64,000 nt of DNA, taken from assembly GCA_031554055.1 (NCBI GenBank), contig JAVBKL010000008.1:49-64048 (forward strand), read 5' to 3'. This DNA comes from Eubacteriales bacterium (GTDB lineage: Bacteria > Bacillota > Clostridia > Lachnospirales > JAVBKL01). The notes under the pieces are model-generated. The model was not told where the DNA came from. It worked only from the letters and a program-made list of their open reading frames with translations, and did no database searches. Position 1 is the stretch's first letter, and every line of letters begins with the position of its first letter. A program made the position numbers and the translations under genes. Below are positions 18,494 through 27,335 of this stretch, in pieces.

Positions 18494-19010
18494 TGCTCGA
18501 TACAACATCGTTCTCAATCAAAAATTGGAGCGATGTTTTTCCTTTTTTGTAAGTGTATAAGCCCATATCGTCTTTTACATCGTCACCATACATTTCCTTG
18601 ACCGCTGCAAGTGGAGTTCCGATGGAAATTCCCTCTGGGGTTTGGCTGCTGTCGTCCACAAGTGCAACCGATAAAATATAATCGTCGCTACCCTGTGGAT
18701 AGGTGTAAACTTCAAATCCATTGTAGTAGTAGGTTTTATCAAGCCCCTCAAAGGCACAGCTCGCCGCTTCAAAATATTCTGTTGGCTCACCCAAGGCTTT
18801 TATGATTTCGTCGGCACGCGCGCCAAGCTTAATATCCACACCTTTTGCTGTGTACACAAACCCATCATAACTTGGCTCGGCCTGTGCTGTTTTGTTTTGT
18901 TCTTCTGCCACTTTTTGTGGCTCTGGTGCAGACGTTTGCTCCGCTGGTTTTTCCGCCGCACAACCCACGAGCATAAATGCCGCCACTAAACTTACTATTG
19001 TTTTTTTCAT
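18468..19010 (-). CDS. hypothetical lipoprotein, last gene of the Dlt-like operon
   Basis: Lipobox MLVGCAAEK. I recognise no domain. It starts 10 nt downstream of the SGNH-like gene. Confidence 0.6.
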   Translation of the reverse strand: MKKTIVSLVAAFMLVGCAAEKPAEQTSAPEPQKVAEEQNKTAQAEPSYDGFVYTAKGVDIKLGARADEIIKALGEPTEYFEAASCAFEGLDKTYYYNGFEVYTYPQGSDDYILSVALVDDSSQTPEGISIGTPLAAVKEMYGDDVKDDMGLYTYKKGKTSLQFLIENDVVSSITYLFDTN

Positions 19011-19020
19011 TTCAACCGCC

Positions 19021-20115
19021 CTATTCTATATTTTTAACAAAGAAAGTGAGAACTTTTCCTTTTACATCAATTTCTGCGAGCTGTGCTTCTCTCATATTAT
19101 CATATGATTTTTCTTTTTTTGCCCAAGCTTCGCTTGTTGCAGTGTCACTACGCATATCTTTGAGTTTGAAATTCTCCACAAGCTCACGTCCCAAATACTC
19201 GGACATTTTTTCTGCCCCTGTTACGTTCAAGTGAAGCCCAGCATCGTATGTGTCCACACTTAAATCGATGCCGATGCTCTCCATGTTTTCTAATGTGTTT
19301 AAATATAACAAGTCATTCTTTTTTGCGTAATCCACCATTTGTTCTTCCCATTCTGGATACCAGTATGGGTAAATGCTCGGTGCTTTTAACAACACCAGTG
19401 GAATGTCATTGGCTTTGCACAGTGCGGTGATCTTATCGAGATAGGCATAGCTGTTCTCGCCAAACTGATAGTTGTTTAGTTTTTTGCCAACAGGAATTTT
19501 TCCCACTGGTTTAATATCGTTTCGCATCATAAACCCGTTATGGGATATTTTTTCCTTCTGAAAATAATACGTGAAGTCGTCGGAGCTGATTTCTCTCCAC
19601 CTGTCATGATAACGCAGAATCGGAAATAAATATGAAATTAGCGTTTCCTCTTCGGTCATGGACGCAAGAATCGAGCCGACCTTTGAGCCAGACCACTTCA
19701 TGCCGTCAATACTCATTCGGTTGTACGCTTCGTTTTGCGGCTCGTTGTATTTCATGGCAAGCACACTAAACACCACGACTTCTGGTTTTTCATACCGCAA
19801 TGCGTCCTCCAAAAGATAATACGACTGCCAAATGAGCTGTTGTGCCGAACCTCTTATGTATGACGTTATGCCGTAGTCTTGCCAAAGTTTTACAGGCGAA
19901 ATATTTTCATACACTTCGCAGTCTCCAACAAACAAAACTTGGTGTTTGTTTTTCTTGACATCTGCATAATATTCCTCAATCAGCGAACCCTCATACACGC
20001 CAGCCATATATTTTGGCATGAACAGTTGCTGTAATGCAAACAGTGAGAGAACGCCTATTAGTATTGCCGCAACTTGAGAACCTCGCATCAAAAAATTCCT
20101 TTCCAAAAAACTCAT
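19021..20115 (-). CDS. membrane-anchored SGNH/DltD-like protein (putative acyl/aminoacyl transferase-esterase)
   Basis: An N-terminal TM, a block-I-like VLFVGDCEVY (Cys where Ser is usual) and a distal YDAGLHLN. Its start overlaps the MBOAT stop (TAATG). Confidence 0.65.
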   Translation of the reverse strand: MSFLERNFLMRGSQVAAILIGVLSLFALQQLFMPKYMAGVYEGSLIEEYYADVKKNKHQVLFVGDCEVYENISPVKLWQDYGITSYIRGSAQQLIWQSYYLLEDALRYEKPEVVVFSVLAMKYNEPQNEAYNRMSIDGMKWSGSKVGSILASMTEEETLISYLFPILRYHDRWREISSDDFTYYFQKEKISHNGFMMRNDIKPVGKIPVGKKLNNYQFGENSYAYLDKITALCKANDIPLVLLKAPSIYPYWYPEWEEQMVDYAKKNDLLYLNTLENMESIGIDLSVDTYDAGLHLNVTGAEKMSEYLGRELVENFKLKDMRSDTATSEAWAKKEKSYDNMREAQLAEIDVKGKVLTFFVKNIE

Positions 20116-21716
20116 TAGAACTGGTTGTAAATAAACTGGCTCGAGTCATACCCGATTCCATACACGCCAAACACGATAATAAATAAAACCAAAGCAGTGA
20201 TGATGCTATACCTTACAAGCGACGGAAGCTTTGCCAAATAATCCCTTGCACCACAAATGTTATCGCCATGATGTTGCAAGTACGAAACCACAAACGTCAA
20301 GCAAATTGCAAAAATGAGAACGGCATAGTCAAGTGTTGAAAGTCCAAGGTTTGTGACACCCTCAGCAATAAACTGGTCAAAACTAAAATTTGTGAGAATC
20401 GACAAATGTGCCGTTACGGTTGTTTTTACACTGGCATAACAATCAAAACTTCTAATGAAGCACATGAGCCAAAACGTTTTAAAAATTTGAACACAGCCCC
20501 AAGCAAATGTTTGGGTGAATTTTAATTTTCCAAATTTGTTAAACAGAGGTTCAAATTCTTGGCTAAGAATAATAAACACGCCGTTTGCCAAACCCCAAAC
20601 GATAAAGTTCCAGCTTGCCCCATGCCAAAATCCTGTGGAAAACCACACGACTAACGTGCAGAGGTACACGGTTGCCCGCTTGCCGATATAATCGCCGCAA
20701 TATTTTCTTGAAAGTGTTGCGAGTTTCAACATCGGTCTACAAACTGAAAGCGGATAAAACAAATATTCTCTAAACCACGCACCCATGGTGATGTGCCATC
20801 TTCTCCAATACTCCATGATGGATTTTGAATAAAATGGGTGGTTGAAGTTTTCTTTTACTTTGATTCCCAGTGCTTCTGAAATACCAATTGTGATGTCGAT
20901 GCCGCCAGTAAAATCCGCATACAGCGTAACCGCATAAAAAAACATGGCGAGTAAAACATAAATGCCTTGGTATTCCGCTGGGTTTGAAACCAGTTCACGA
21001 GTGGCAATGAGCAATCTATCTGCAATGACAAGTTTTTTAAATACACCCCAAATAATTCTTTGCACACCATAAGAAAAAGTTTTTGTTTCAAAATTATGCG
21101 GTGTACAAAGCGTTTCGTTTAAATCATCAAATCGACTGATTGGCCCTTGAATAATTTGTGGAAAAAACGACGTGAACAACGCAAACTTAAATACATTTGG
21201 CTCGGCTTTGTACTTGCCCCTGTACACATCAATGATATAGCTCATGGTTTTAAATGTGTAAAATGAGATGCCGAGCGGAAGCAAAAAGTTTAAGAGTTGT
21301 AACTCGCCTGTTTTTCCAAAAAAATCAAGCACGGAGTTGACATTGCCAATAAAAAAGTCAGTGTATTTCACAACACCAAGGATTCCAAAATTTATAAATA
21401 AGCAAAGCAGCAAGTATTTCCATCTCTCCGATTTAACGGTTGCCTTGTAACTCTTTTTTTCTTCCTTGGACAGTGTTTCTTTGTTTTGTTTCAGATATTC
21501 TTCTTGTCTATCATGGATCGAACTGATTTTTCGTCCGATTGCGTATGTACTCACAATGGTTAAGCCGATGTAAATCAAGTTGCTCACGCCCGAAAGTGCA
21601 TAGAAAATAAAACTCGCAAGAAGCAAAAGCTTCCATTGATACGCTTTGGGGATTGTGTAATACAAAACAAAAGTTACGACCAAAAACAGGGTAAAGCTAA
21701 ACGATGTAAAGAGCAT
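20115..21716 (-). CDS. MBOAT family membrane O-acyltransferase (DltB/AlgI-like)
   Basis: 533 aa and polytopic, with FYSKSIMEYWRRWHITMGAWFREYLFYPL and WFSTGFWHGASWNF, which give the conserved His context. Confidence 0.85.
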   Translation of the reverse strand: MLFTSFSFTLFLVVTFVLYYTIPKAYQWKLLLLASFIFYALSGVSNLIYIGLTIVSTYAIGRKISSIHDRQEEYLKQNKETLSKEEKKSYKATVKSERWKYLLLCLFINFGILGVVKYTDFFIGNVNSVLDFFGKTGELQLLNFLLPLGISFYTFKTMSYIIDVYRGKYKAEPNVFKFALFTSFFPQIIQGPISRFDDLNETLCTPHNFETKTFSYGVQRIIWGVFKKLVIADRLLIATRELVSNPAEYQGIYVLLAMFFYAVTLYADFTGGIDITIGISEALGIKVKENFNHPFYSKSIMEYWRRWHITMGAWFREYLFYPLSVCRPMLKLATLSRKYCGDYIGKRATVYLCTLVVWFSTGFWHGASWNFIVWGLANGVFIILSQEFEPLFNKFGKLKFTQTFAWGCVQIFKTFWLMCFIRSFDCYASVKTTVTAHLSILTNFSFDQFIAEGVTNLGLSTLDYAVLIFAICLTFVVSYLQHHGDNICGARDYLAKLPSLVRYSIITALVLFIIVFGVYGIGYDSSQFIYNQF

Positions 21717-21724
21717 AATTCACC

Positions 21725-21952
21725 TTATTCGTCCGACAACTTTTCGATTAATGCATGAAGGGCTTTTGCGGAATTAAAGTTTACTGGAATAATTTGTTCG
21801 GCTGGAATCTGCACGTCCATTTCCTCGCTGATTTCTGCAATGATCGAAATAATGTCAAACGAATCTAGGATACCATCGTCTATTAAATGCTCATGGTTAT
21901 GAAAGTCAACATCAGGGTGCAAGTCAGATAAAATCTTAATCAATTCGTCCAT
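21725..21952 (-). CDS. DltC-like carrier protein
   Basis: 75 aa and acidic. GILDSFDIISII is a phosphopantetheine-Ser motif. Confidence 0.8.
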   Translation of the reverse strand: MDELIKILSDLHPDVDFHNHEHLIDDGILDSFDIISIIAEISEEMDVQIPAEQIIPVNFNSAKALHALIEKLSDE

Positions 21953-21971
21953 AAATTTTCTCCCTTTGGTT

Positions 21972-23477
21972 TTAGCTCAAACCTTGCTTGAGCAAATTGC
22001 GGTCTATTTTTCCGTTTGGTGTAAGCGGCATATTTTCTAGTTTAAAAATTTGGTTTGGAATCATATAACGTGGCAGCTTTTCTTTTAAGTATGTAGTGAC
22101 CTCGGGTTTTTCGCAATCCCCCACGTAATACAATATGATTTTCTTGCTCGCATTATCAAAAATACAGCAAGTGGAGCTGATTCCATCTTTCATGTTTAGA
22201 GCCAGCTCGATTTCACCAAGCTCAATGCGATGCCCCATGTGTTTGATTTGGTAATCCTTGCGTGATACAAAAACAAGTTCGCCCAGTTCGTTAAACCGTC
22301 CCAAGTCACCTGTTAAATAAATCAGTTCTGGATACGCTGTCACAAGTGGATTTTGTATAAAGCTCTCACTTGTTTTCTCGGCATTGTTGTAATAGCCAAG
22401 GGTTAAGGCTGTTCCCCTTATACAAATTTCGCCGACACCATTTGCTTCTGTTACTCGCTTGTTGTCCTCAATTAAAATAATTTCTGTATTGCAAAACGGT
22501 CTGCCAATCGGAATCACTTCATCAAGTGCGAAATCCCTGTTAACTTCAAAGTAACAAGACATTCCTGTTGCTTCTGTCGGGCCGTATAAATTGATAAACC
22601 TCGTCTGTGGCAAATGCTCACGCCAAAGTTGTAGTTGCTTAATTGGGAACACTTCACTGCCAAACGCAATTGTCCGCAGATACTTTGGAACAATGGATTT
22701 GAATGTGCCAAAGCTCGACACAAGTGTTAAGGCAGAAGCCACCCAACAAATTGTATTAATTTTATTTTCGTTTAAAAACTCCAAAAGCTTAACTGGAAAC
22801 ATAAACAATTCTTTGGGGACAAAGTAAGTGGTTGCCCCAAATTTAAAAGTCGGGAACAGTTCTTTTAAGCAAGCGTCCACATAAAGCGGTGCTTGGTTTC
22901 CAAAAATCGTATCGCTGTCAATTTTTAAAACAGAGGAAAGCTGTTCAATATAATCAATGACCGAACGGTGACAAGCCACAACGCCCTTGGGTACTCCTGT
23001 TGAACCAGACGTAAATACAACATAAATCGGGTCAATATCAATGGCTAGATCTCTAATTTTTAAAAGTCGTACATCATCAATTTCGGTTTCATAAATTTCT
23101 TCGTATTGAAAAAGTTCGCCAGAAAAATCTAGCCCATCAATTGACTTGACCGAATCCGCATCACAGATCACCGCACGGGGGTTTAAGCTTTTAAAAATAA
23201 GTTCGATTCGGTGGCGTGGCATTTCATCATCAAGTGGGACATAAAAATTTCCGCTGTTGATAACGCCAAAAAAAGCCGCAACTGTCTGTGGCTTTTTGCT
23301 CATAAAGACAACAATCGGTTCTTTGTAAAAGTTCCGTTTGGCAAGAAACGTGCCAATGCTTCTGGCATTCGTATGGATTTGCTTAAAGGTAAGTGCAACG
23401 CCGCTTCCAACAAACGCTGGTTTATCGGGGCAAGTATTTACAATTTCGTCAACATAACTCATTACATTTATTTGCAT
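21972..23477 (-). CDS. stand-alone amino-acid adenylation enzyme (DltA/NRPS A-domain-like carrier-protein ligase)
   Basis: FTSGSTGVPKG, NLYGPTEAT, GEICIRGTALTLGYY, YLTGDLG, QIKHMGHRIELGEIE and PNGKIDR. ATG 23477 has an AGGTG SD 9 nt upstream and overlaps the racemase 3' end by 10 nt. Confidence 0.85.
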   Translation of the reverse strand: MQINVMSYVDEIVNTCPDKPAFVGSGVALTFKQIHTNARSIGTFLAKRNFYKEPIVVFMSKKPQTVAAFFGVINSGNFYVPLDDEMPRHRIELIFKSLNPRAVICDADSVKSIDGLDFSGELFQYEEIYETEIDDVRLLKIRDLAIDIDPIYVVFTSGSTGVPKGVVACHRSVIDYIEQLSSVLKIDSDTIFGNQAPLYVDACLKELFPTFKFGATTYFVPKELFMFPVKLLEFLNENKINTICWVASALTLVSSFGTFKSIVPKYLRTIAFGSEVFPIKQLQLWREHLPQTRFINLYGPTEATGMSCYFEVNRDFALDEVIPIGRPFCNTEIILIEDNKRVTEANGVGEICIRGTALTLGYYNNAEKTSESFIQNPLVTAYPELIYLTGDLGRFNELGELVFVSRKDYQIKHMGHRIELGEIELALNMKDGISSTCCIFDNASKKIILYYVGDCEKPEVTTYLKEKLPRYMIPNQIFKLENMPLTPNGKIDRNLLKQGLS

Positions 23478-24157
23478 TTTACACCGCACCTCTCAAGTGA
23501 TTTCGCCGCAAGAACTTCTAGTGCGTCTATATAGGTTTCGTTTAAATGATGTTCCTTGTTGATAATCGAAAGCTCTGTACAGCCAAGAATTATTTTTTCT
23601 GCCCCGCTTTTACTCAAGCTTTCCGCAACAGCCGAAAAATCGAATAAACAAATGGGTTCATCGGCTTTTATATTATAGATCGTTTCCATCACTTTATTCT
23701 GCATGGGTACATCAGGAACAATCGTTTTGATGCCGCATTCAGAAAGCTTTGTCTGCAAAAAACCACTTCGTATCGTGCCTGTGGTTGCGAGGATTCCCAC
23801 GCTTTTAATATTTTGGTTTTGCAAATGCTCGCACAAAGCGTCCACCATATTGATAATCGGTAGGCTTGTACTCGCTTGCAGCTCATCAAAAAAATAATGA
23901 GCCGTCACGCAAGGCATAGAAACAAATTCCATTCCAGCATTTTCTAAAACCTTGATTGCATTTTTAATCGGCACAAGCGGACTTACATCGCTTTCGCCAA
24001 GCATAAACGCCGTCCTATCTGGCGTATCAGGCACAGAGTACAACAAAAGCTCAATGTGTTCTTGATCCTTTTGTGCGTCTGTCATTTTTGTGAGCAGTTC
24101 GTAAAAGTACGCACTAGCCAGCGGCCCAAGACCTCCTACTATGCCTAGCTTTTTCAT
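23468..24157 (-). CDS. Asp/Glu/hydantoin racemase family protein (aspartate-racemase-like)
   Basis: LGIVGGLGPLAS plus the two catalytic-Cys motifs SMPCVTAH and ILGCTELS. A GGAGG SD is present. Confidence 0.85.
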   Translation of the reverse strand: MKKLGIVGGLGPLASAYFYELLTKMTDAQKDQEHIELLLYSVPDTPDRTAFMLGESDVSPLVPIKNAIKVLENAGMEFVSMPCVTAHYFFDELQASTSLPIINMVDALCEHLQNQNIKSVGILATTGTIRSGFLQTKLSECGIKTIVPDVPMQNKVMETIYNIKADEPICLFDFSAVAESLSKSGAEKIILGCTELSIINKEHHLNETYIDALEVLAAKSLERCGVKCK

Positions 24158-24186
24158 TTTAATTCCTCCAGATATTGATCTGCCGT

Positions 24187-25833
24187 CTACTGTTCAACTG
24201 AAAACGAATAGAGCGTTTTATCATAAACATAATAATTGTCTCGTCTTTCAGCAGTGTACTTCTCCGCTTGTGATTCTGTAAACATACAACCGTTAAACAC
24301 AGTTCTGTATGGGGTTGAATCATAGTGATACCAACCTTCGCCCAGATTGACAAGGCTCCAGAAATGCCTTGCACGCCCACCCATGCGGGTCACCGGAATA
24401 TTTTCGATTCCCACTCGGTTCATGAGTAGTTCGGACACCGCATAAAAAGTGTAGCAGTCACCCTTATGTATTTTAAACGCACGATAAGCACCCAGTATCA
24501 CAGAGTCTTTACTTCCCGCCGAAACATAACTGACATGTCCACGCACCCAAGCGTAAATCGCACGTAGTTTTTCTTCTTGGCTCATGCCTTCGTTTACAAT
24601 TTTTGATAGAACTTCATCAGCCATTGCATAAATGGCATCATCTTCTGGATTTGTCACTGTGATTGAACCTTTGCTGCTTGTCTTGTTTCCCGCAAGGTCT
24701 GTTGCCGAATAACTTACTTCATACTTACCCGCTGTGGATAAATCCACTTGGGAGCTGTCCACTTGTAGTGCAATCGGCTCGCCACTGTTATCACGAACCG
24801 TCACGCCTTCTTTGTAAGAAACCGAGGAGTTAATGTGACAAGTTTTATCCAAGTCTCCTGTAATTAGTGGGGCTTCTGTGTCGTCATTCACTTTGAGAAG
24901 TGAAGTCACTTTGTTTTTGTTGTTCGCACTGTCGGTTAAAACGATGTCAACACCATGCTCGCCCACTTGCATAAAGTTCGGCTCCACATCAAATGTGATG
25001 GCCACTTCCGATTGGTCGAACACAGCTTTTACAAAGTCTGCCGCTTTTAATTTTTTGCCTTTATAAACCATTTGGCTTACCGCTTCTGCGGTGGGTGCTG
25101 TTGTGTCCACCACCCTAAATTCTGTTTGACCTTGATTTTTGCTTTCGTCGGCGATTTCAATGATGACTGGGATTGTATTTACTTTTGTAAAATCGAATTT
25201 TACTCGATTAGCAAAATGAAGCGTTATGCCGTCCGACCCTTCAAAACTTTCGATAAAGTCACGTGGCATAACCTCATAACTTCCGCTTCCGGCTTCAACA
25301 GATAGAAAAGGCTTGAGAATTATGACCGATAAATTTGCTTTTAACTTGGTTTCGTTTCCGCCTTGGTCTGTGAGCGAAAGTTCAACTTCTTGCGTTCCCG
25401 CTTTGTTAAAATCGGGTGGTGTTACAAATTCTGTCGAAACGTCCGTACCATCCACAATGTTTTTTACAAAGGTATTTGCAATCAATGCAGTGCCTGCAAA
25501 TATTGTTTGGTTAACCGCTTCTGCAGTCGGCGAAACAGTATCTTCAATTATCAATAGAGAACTGTATTTTTTTCTGTCGGCTAGCAACTCAACTTGTGTT
25601 TCGCCAACTTTATTCATATCAATCGTACTTATATCTGCTGCGTACTTATAAACGACTTTGCTATTTTTTTCGGTATGAAAAAACTCGGATGCCTCGGGAA
25701 GTTTTGTCCCCACTTCGACAGTTAAATCTTTTTTGGGCGTTCCACCTCTCGACCATAAAAAAAACGCTAAAGCCCCAAGGACGAGTAACGCTAAAACGGA
25801 TAGTATAACCATGTAAATGTGCTTCTTCTGCAT
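24187..25833 (-). CDS. membrane-anchored surface protein with Ig-like repeats and a C-terminal transglutaminase-like cysteine protease core
   Basis: An N-terminal TM and the repeated motif D-T-x-x-P-T-AEAV-x-Q. The C-terminus has KGDCYTFYAV...ARHFWSLV...WYHYDSTP, which is a Cys-His-Asp core. Confidence 0.75.
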   Translation of the reverse strand: MQKKHIYMVILSVLALLVLGALAFFLWSRGGTPKKDLTVEVGTKLPEASEFFHTEKNSKVVYKYAADISTIDMNKVGETQVELLADRKKYSSLLIIEDTVSPTAEAVNQTIFAGTALIANTFVKNIVDGTDVSTEFVTPPDFNKAGTQEVELSLTDQGGNETKLKANLSVIILKPFLSVEAGSGSYEVMPRDFIESFEGSDGITLHFANRVKFDFTKVNTIPVIIEIADESKNQGQTEFRVVDTTAPTAEAVSQMVYKGKKLKAADFVKAVFDQSEVAITFDVEPNFMQVGEHGVDIVLTDSANNKNKVTSLLKVNDDTEAPLITGDLDKTCHINSSVSYKEGVTVRDNSGEPIALQVDSSQVDLSTAGKYEVSYSATDLAGNKTSSKGSITVTNPEDDAIYAMADEVLSKIVNEGMSQEEKLRAIYAWVRGHVSYVSAGSKDSVILGAYRAFKIHKGDCYTFYAVSELLMNRVGIENIPVTRMGGRARHFWSLVNLGEGWYHYDSTPYRTVFNGCMFTESQAEKYTAERRDNYYVYDKTLYSFSVEQ

Positions 25834-25969
25834 ACAATCTCACTGACCCTTTTCTGTTTAAAAATGAATTGCTTTTACACAAAAGTGATTATATCAATCC
25901 AAATTCGCATTGTCAAATTTTGTTGCAAGATTTTAAAAAAATACTCGATTTATTTTCTTTCTTGGCATA

Positions 25970-25998
25970 TTGTAATTTGATTTTGGCTGTGCTACAAT
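25970..25998 (+). promoter_or_regulatory. sigma-A-like promoter (extended -10) of the uracil permease gene
   Basis: TTGTAA (25970-25975), a 17 nt spacer ending in TGC, then TACAAT (25993-25998). Confidence 0.45.
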
Positions 25999-26025
25999 GT
26001 TACGAATTTTGAGAGGAGAGAGACT

Positions 26026-27249
26026 ATGCTTACTTTTTTAAAAAATGATCCAGAGTTTCAAATGCCAGCTTATAAGAAAATTATTCTCGGTGTTCAACAC
26101 ACATTTACAATGTTCGGAGCCACTGTACTCGTGCCTATTTTAACTGGTATGAATATTTCAGTGGCTTTATTTATGGCCGGAGCATCTACGCTTATTTTTC
26201 ACCTCTTGACAAAGGGCAAGGTTCCCGCTTTCATGGGCTCGTCATTTGCTTTTATTGCTCCGACGCTTGTGGTTTCTGCCATGCCAAATTACGGACTGCC
26301 CTACGCCCAAGGCGGAATTTTTGTCGCTGGTATTATTTATTTGATATTTGCCCTTCTCATTCACTTCTTCGGTGTTCAAAAAATACTTGATTTCTTCCCA
26401 CCTGTTGTCAACGGTTCCATTATTGTCATCATCGGCCTTATGCTTGCCCCCACCGCCATTAACATGGCAAAAACCAACTGGATGCTCGCACTTGTAAGTT
26501 TTTCAGTTGTTGCCGCCGTCAGCGTCTTTGGGCGTGGATTTCTCCAAATTATACCAGTCATTCTCGGCTTGCTTGCTGGATACTTTGTTGCCGTCTTAAC
26601 CGGCAACGTGGATTTTACTCGGGTAATCGTTGCCGATTGGTTTGGGTTACCAAAGTTTACAATTGCAAAGTTTGATTTAACCACAATTATGATTATCGCT
26701 CCTGTTGCCATCGCCACCATTGTTGAGCACATCGGCGGCATCATGGCAATCAGTGCTACGTGCAACAAGGATTTTGCAAACGAGCCAGGGTTGCACCGCA
26801 CAACGTTTGGCGATGGAATTGCCATTTGTGTTTCTTCTGCCTTTGGCGGCCCAGCCGCAACAACCTATGCAGAAAACACAGGCGTCTTGGCACTCACAAA
26901 AGTATTTAACCCCCAAGTCATGCGAATCGCCGCAGTCATTGCCATTTGCTTGGGTGTTTTGCCAAAGCTCGGTGCTCTGATTCAAACCATTCCAGAAGGG
27001 GTTGTGGGCGGTATCTCCATCATCTTATTTGGAATGATTGCCTCCATCGGTACTCGAACCTTCGTAGAAAACAAAGTTGATTTTACAAAATCGAGAAATT
27101 TAATTGTTGCTGCTGTCATTTTCGTTTTAGGACTTGGTGGTGCCGTTGTTCCTGTTAGTATCGGAGAAATAAATTTCACCATTCAAGGAATTGCATTGGC
27201 AGCAATTGCTGGTATCTTCCTTAATAAGGTCTTGCCACAAGATAGATAA
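26026..27249 (+). CDS. uraA: uracil permease (NCS2 family)
   Basis: 407 aa and polytopic, with ILGVQHTFTMFGATVLVPILTG, PAFMGSSFAFIAP and ENTGVLALT. Confidence 0.85.
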   Translation: MLTFLKNDPEFQMPAYKKIILGVQHTFTMFGATVLVPILTGMNISVALFMAGASTLIFHLLTKGKVPAFMGSSFAFIAPTLVVSAMPNYGLPYAQGGIFVAGIIYLIFALLIHFFGVQKILDFFPPVVNGSIIVIIGLMLAPTAINMAKTNWMLALVSFSVVAAVSVFGRGFLQIIPVILGLLAGYFVAVLTGNVDFTRVIVADWFGLPKFTIAKFDLTTIMIIAPVAIATIVEHIGGIMAISATCNKDFANEPGLHRTTFGDGIAICVSSAFGGPAATTYAENTGVLALTKVFNPQVMRIAAVIAICLGVLPKLGALIQTIPEGVVGGISIILFGMIASIGTRTFVENKVDFTKSRNLIVAAVIFVLGLGGAVVPVSIGEINFTIQGIALAAIAGIFLNKVLPQDR

Positions 27250-27274
27250 TCGCTTGATTTCCTTGTAACTTATG

Positions 27275-27309
27275 AGATGCTATGTTAAAATCATGGCATC
27301 TGTTTTTTT
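27275..27309 (+). terminator. rho-independent terminator after the uracil permease gene
   Basis: Stem AGATGCTATG / CATGGCATCT with one G-U pair, followed by GTTTTTTT. Confidence 0.7.
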
Positions 27310-27335
27310 ATTGTTTGCTTTATGGAGGAGTTCGA

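Noticed and set aside
25834-26025. A PyrR-type attenuator upstream of the uracil permease gene.
   Set aside because: There is no match to the PyrR binding loop (UCCAGAGAGG-like), and no terminator/antiterminator alternative is visible. Only a promoter-like element was found.
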